A stretch of DNA of 34,787 nt, taken from assembly GCA_035623825.1 (NCBI GenBank), contig DASPSR010000015.1:1-34787 (forward strand), written 5' to 3'. The translations under genes and the position numbers were made by a program. Positions 31,235 through 34,787 of this stretch are shown in pieces. Within the stretch, counting starts at the first letter, position 1. Each line of letters starts with the position of its first letter. Under the pieces are notes generated by a model that did not search any database, was not told the origin of the DNA, and saw only the letters and a list, made by a program, of their open reading frames with translations. The stretch comes from Nitrospirota bacterium. Lineage in GTDB: Bacteria > Nitrospirota > UBA9217.

Positions 31235-32593
31235 ATGGCTAAGACGGCATTATCAGAGGAGAAAAGCGGTTATCCCGAAGGGGTGCCTGAAGATGTCCTG
31301 GAAGAACTCGCAGAAGATCTCTCCGAGGAAGAAGAGGAGGGAGAGCCTTCTTCTATTGAGGTCACAGAGACTGCTGAAGAGGTCGCTGGAGGCGCTGATC
31401 TAGTTGACACCTACCTCAAATCCGTCGGTCGTTTTCCCATGCTCAAGATCGAGGAAGAGCAGGAGTATGTCCGCATGCTTGAGGCGGGCAAAGTCGAGCT
31501 CAAGACCATTGCTTTGAGCTCGCCCCTTGCTATCCCGAGGGTATTGGCACTCGGTGCGAACATAAAGCAGGGTCTTGTCAAGGCCCAGGACATCCTTCGC
31601 TTTCCCGGTGAGTGGAACGATTCGTATGAAGTTGCTTTCTTGCGACTCTATAACAGGTTAAAGAGGCAGGTAGCGAGACGGGACATGGAGCGCGCGACGG
31701 CTACGATCAATGAGATGAGCCTATCGTTCCGTGAGATCGAGAAGATGCTTAAGAAGCTCCAGTTTATCGGGAAGCAGGTTGAGCGCGGCGTCACTACCGA
31801 GATGGAGAAACTCGGACTCGACGAGGCAACGCTTAAAGACATCGTTAACCGCATCGATAAAGAGGAAATGAGGGTGAAAATCGCAAAGGACGAACTATGC
31901 AAGGCAAACCTCAGACTCGTCGTTTCAATCGCCAAAAAGTACGTAAATCGCGGCCTGACGCTCCTCGACCTGATCCAGGAAGGCAATATCGGGCTCATGA
32001 AGGCGGCTGACCGTTATGAATCGGGAAAAGGGACGAAGTTCAGCACCTATTCTACCTGGTGGATCCGGCAGAGGATCACACGCGCCATACTGGACCAAGC
32101 ACGCACTATCCGCTTGCCAGTTCACCTGATCGAAGAGAGCACGCGTATCAGTCGCATCTACACCAAGTTCATGCGCGAGAAAGGAAGGGAACCAGCTCCC
32201 GAAGAAGTGGCGAGGATCATGGGGCTGTCCGTGGTGCGGGTGAATGAGATCTTGCGTGCAATCCAGGAGCCGGTATCCTTGGAGACACCGATCCTTTCGG
32301 AAGAGAAGGAGCTCAAAGACGTCATCATCGACGAGAAGTCAGTCTCGCCGTTCAAGACGCTCGAGAACAGTGAGGCCTCCAGCCGAATCGAGGAGGTGCT
32401 CTCGTCGCTCACCGAGAGGGAAGAGAAGATCATTCGGATGCGGTTCGGCATCGGCGTCGGCAGCGAGCATACGCTCGAAGAGGTCGGCAAGTACTTCAAT
32501 CTCACCCGGGAGCGGATCAGGCAGATTGAGATCAAGGCGCTCAAGAAACTGCGCCATCCCGCCAGAAGCAAGCTGCTGCGCGAGTATGTTTAG
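31235..32593 (+). CDS. RpoD/SigA-family sigma-70 factor (probable paralog rather than the primary sigma)
   Basis: Regions 1.2 (DLVDTYL), 2 (ANLRLVVSIAKKY..DLIQEGNIGLMKA..KFSTYSTWWIRQ), 3 (PVSLETP) and 4.2 (TLEEVG..F.LTRERIRQIE.KAL.KLRHP). Confidence 0.93.
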   Translation: MAKTALSEEKSGYPEGVPEDVLEELAEDLSEEEEEGEPSSIEVTETAEEVAGGADLVDTYLKSVGRFPMLKIEEEQEYVRMLEAGKVELKTIALSSPLAIPRVLALGANIKQGLVKAQDILRFPGEWNDSYEVAFLRLYNRLKRQVARRDMERATATINEMSLSFREIEKMLKKLQFIGKQVERGVTTEMEKLGLDEATLKDIVNRIDKEEMRVKIAKDELCKANLRLVVSIAKKYVNRGLTLLDLIQEGNIGLMKAADRYESGKGTKFSTYSTWWIRQRITRAILDQARTIRLPVHLIEESTRISRIYTKFMREKGREPAPEEVARIMGLSVVRVNEILRAIQEPVSLETPILSEEKELKDVIIDEKSVSPFKTLENSEASSRIEEVLSSLTEREEKIIRMRFGIGVGSEHTLEEVGKYFNLTRERIRQIEIKALKKLRHPARSKLLREYV

Positions 32594-32819
32594 TGCATCG
32601 CCGGGAATATTCTTTCAAGTTTACTGGTGATACGATGAGATATCGATGCAAATCGGGGAAAAGGGATATGGATTAAGACGTAGACGGGCAACATCATTCG
32701 GGTGCATCTTCGCTGGTGTGCCCCCTCATCATTTACAGTCCTGCCGTTCGTCTGACATCGGTGTATCTGTGTTTCCGTGACGATAATTCTTTGATTCCGG
32801 TTTGCCTGAGACACGAAGG

Positions 32820-33266
32820 TCAGTCGTTCATGCTCGGAATGAATTCTATATCAGCAATGATGCGAGTGGCTTCAGTTAGGTAGGGTTCATCGTACTCGGG
32901 ATTGCAGACATAGGCGGCCATGAGGGCGTGAGTCCTGTCCACGAGGAACCATATGCGCCAGTGGGTCGGCTCTTCGCGTTCCTGGAACCTGTAATCCAGC
33001 GTCGCTATTCCGAGATCCCCCCTATCTTCAACCTTTACCGCTTCGCGCGGAAAAGGAATATCCCGTTCCTCAAGCGTGTCTTCGAGGAGGATGCGTGCCG
33101 CTTCCACTGGCGTGGTTTTGGTTTCCTCCCGCTCTATGAATGAAAGCTGCACCATCCCTGGCCAACCTTCCTTTTCCAATAAAACAAATCCCATTTCCTC
33201 CCTCTCGGTCCATCCATCTGGAAGAAATAGGTTTATCCAGCGCTCGTACGTGACTTTTTTGCCCAT
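32820..33266 (-). CDS. Hypothetical acidic protein, possibly PsbP/Mog1/DcrB-like fold
   Basis: Clean 148-aa ORF with its own promoter; LPDGW near the N-terminus, beta strands and a C-terminal helix IIADIEF. Confidence 0.7.
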   Translation of the reverse strand: MGKKVTYERWINLFLPDGWTEREEMGFVLLEKEGWPGMVQLSFIEREETKTTPVEAARILLEDTLEERDIPFPREAVKVEDRGDLGIATLDYRFQEREEPTHWRIWFLVDRTHALMAAYVCNPEYDEPYLTEATRIIADIEFIPSMND

Positions 33267-33277
33267 AATTATCGGAC

Positions 33278-33306
33278 ATTGTATCGGACGGGTCAGGCGC
33301 AGTCAA
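33278..33306 (-). promoter_or_regulatory. Sigma70 promoter giving a near-leaderless transcript
   Basis: TTGACT-N17-TACAAT, then 11 nt to ATG 33266; no SD. Confidence 0.65.
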
Positions 33307-33338
33307 ATGAGTTTCGCAAATAGGGTGTAAAGAACTGT

Positions 33339-33866
33339 TTATATGTACAGCAGCCACTTGAGTGTGTCGACGATGGCCTTAGCGCCCGACGCTGGCGGGT
33401 CTTGACAGCTCAAGGTGACTTCCGGCTGAAGAGGCGGTTCATAGGAGACCTGAATACCGGGCACGGTTGAGGCCTTGCCTGACCTTGCGCGTCCGTAAAT
33501 CCCTTTTGGATCGCGCTTCATGCAGACCTCCAGGGGGCAAACCACATACACCTCAACAAATTTCCGTATCAGTGAACGAGCATAGTCTCGATAGTTCCTC
33601 TGGTTTGCGGTTGCATCGAAGATTACATTTATACCGCTCCGCGTGATCAGCTCACCGATCAGGACAAGGGTCCGGTAGAACTGCTTCCGCTCTTTTTCGC
33701 TGTAAGTCGGTTCGGGCGTGAGGATCTTCCTCATCTCATCCGATTGGAGCACCACAATAGGCACTCCCTCCTCCTCCAATTTTTTAGTTAGTTCTCGGGT
33801 GATGGAGCTCTTGCCCGACGCTGGGAGCCCCGTTACCCACACGGCAAAGCCTTGATCAGGGCTCAT
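33339..33866 (-). CDS. Adenylyl-sulfate kinase-like P-loop kinase
   Basis: VWVTGLPASGKS, FVEVYV.CPLEVC..RDPKGIY and PGIQVSYEPP. The canonical LDGD motif reads LQSD here. Confidence 0.85.
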   Translation of the reverse strand: MSPDQGFAVWVTGLPASGKSSITRELTKKLEEEGVPIVVLQSDEMRKILTPEPTYSEKERKQFYRTLVLIGELITRSGINVIFDATANQRNYRDYARSLIRKFVEVYVVCPLEVCMKRDPKGIYGRARSGKASTVPGIQVSYEPPLQPEVTLSCQDPPASGAKAIVDTLKWLLYI

Positions 33867-34787
33867 GTGAGATACCTGTTGACGTCCGCGGGATCGAACC
33901 GTTCGGCCGCGAGTACGTTCCGGATGAATGTAAAAATGGTTTTCCGCACTCCCGAAGTGAGGCCTGGGTACCAGACCGGGCTCGCGATCACGAGTCCCCG
34001 CCAGGCATAGAACGGCGCGACGACTTCGAGCATCTCCCGGTCGCCGGTTTTCGCAAGATAGTTCTCCCAGAACCGCTTGAACATCTGTTCGAACGATCCC
34101 TCAAGCCTCCCGGATCGCAACAGCGAAGAGAACAGATAATTTATGCTCAGGCAAGTCGTATCGTCGGCCGGCTCTCCCCACTCTCCGCGTGATCGGTCGA
34201 GGAGCGTAAAGTCCGTTCCCTCCCGGAACAGGATGTTCCACGGATGGAAGTCTCCGTGCACGCGACAAAGGCGGTGCGAACGATCTTTGATGCGCCAACG
34301 CCATTCTACGCAAGCTGTTTCTATCTTTTTGAGAAGCGGCGCGCTGATGAACTCGAATGTTTCGGGATAATTGTCTATCAGCCCCATGATGCACTCGCCG
34401 TGGCCCACGAGGTCGCGGATTCGCCGCGTGTAGAGATTGGGCGAGTCTAGTTTCATGGAGTGGACTTCGACAAGGTAGTTCGAAAGCGCTATGGTCCTCT
34501 GAAAATCCTCTGGCGTGGCGCTGCCGGTGTTCTTGATCCGGTCGAGATCCTTGAAATATCCCTGCCCGGTCACGAACTCCGTGAGCAGAAAGAACTCCTT
34601 TGCCTTGCCGGTAGAGATGATCGTATTCGAATCCAAGAAGGCACCGCTGTCAAGGGAGCGAACATGACGCGGGAGATTGTTGAACGCCGAGTGCTCCCAG
34701 AGGATGGCCTGGGCTCGATCAGAGAAATGATCATGCCCGTACGACGACGGCGCCATGGTCTCGAGTACGGCCATCTTCCGCTCCCCC
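33863..34787 (-). CDS. Aminoglycoside phosphotransferase-like (APH/choline kinase fold) protein, 5' truncated by the window edge
   Basis: Catalytic VHGDFHPWNI and LLD...GEPADD motifs; frame open to the window edge; ATGA overlap with the next gene. Confidence 0.88.
   Translation of the reverse strand, partial: GERKMAVLETMAPSSYGHDHFSDRAQAILWEHSAFNNLPRHVRSLDSGAFLDSNTIISTGKAKEFFLLTEFVTGQGYFKDLDRIKNTGSATPEDFQRTIALSNYLVEVHSMKLDSPNLYTRRIRDLVGHGECIMGLIDNYPETFEFISAPLLKKIETACVEWRWRIKDRSHRLCRVHGDFHPWNILFREGTDFTLLDRSRGEWGEPADDTTCLSINYLFSSLLRSGRLEGSFEQMFKRFWENYLAKTGDREMLEVVAPFYAWRGLVIASPVWYPGLTSGVRKTIFTFIRNVLAAERFDPADVNRYLT

Overview
Mostly core bacterial chromosome, with no rRNA, tRNA, CRISPR array, transposase or integrase that I can support. 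Order: 3' part of murJ, an MBL-fold hydrolase, guaB, rluB, acylphosphatase, tsaB-rimI and a DUF465-like gene; then a long branched-chain amino acid operon (ilvD-ilvB-ilvN-lipoprotein-ilvC-psd-pssA-leuA-leuC-leuD-small Cys-rich ORF-leuB-asd-asd2) and a membrane-anchored decaheme cytochrome c. An AT-rich block follows (decayed HTH, Cro-like HTH, helical-repeat protein, HNH nuclease), then an outer-membrane protein, DUF4388- and DUF3786-like genes, pyrF-pyrE, a doubly frameshifted TauE/SafE exporter, a stand-alone RpoD-like sigma factor and a coupled phosphotransferase/APS-kinase-like pair cut by the window edge. Gene order and the type-2 LeuB/LeuCD suggest a Nitrospirota/Desulfobacterota-like organism (inference only). 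I found no clear-cut new multi-gene system. The best leads are a phage-switch-like HTH pair next to a bidirectional promoter with a perfect palindrome driving HNH and repeat-protein genes, two structured RNA leaders, recurrent leaderless-gene geometry, the decaheme NapC/NrfH-like protein, and a palindromic repeat remnant read as the tail of a Cys-rich microprotein. All family assignments are by eye from motifs; no searches were run.
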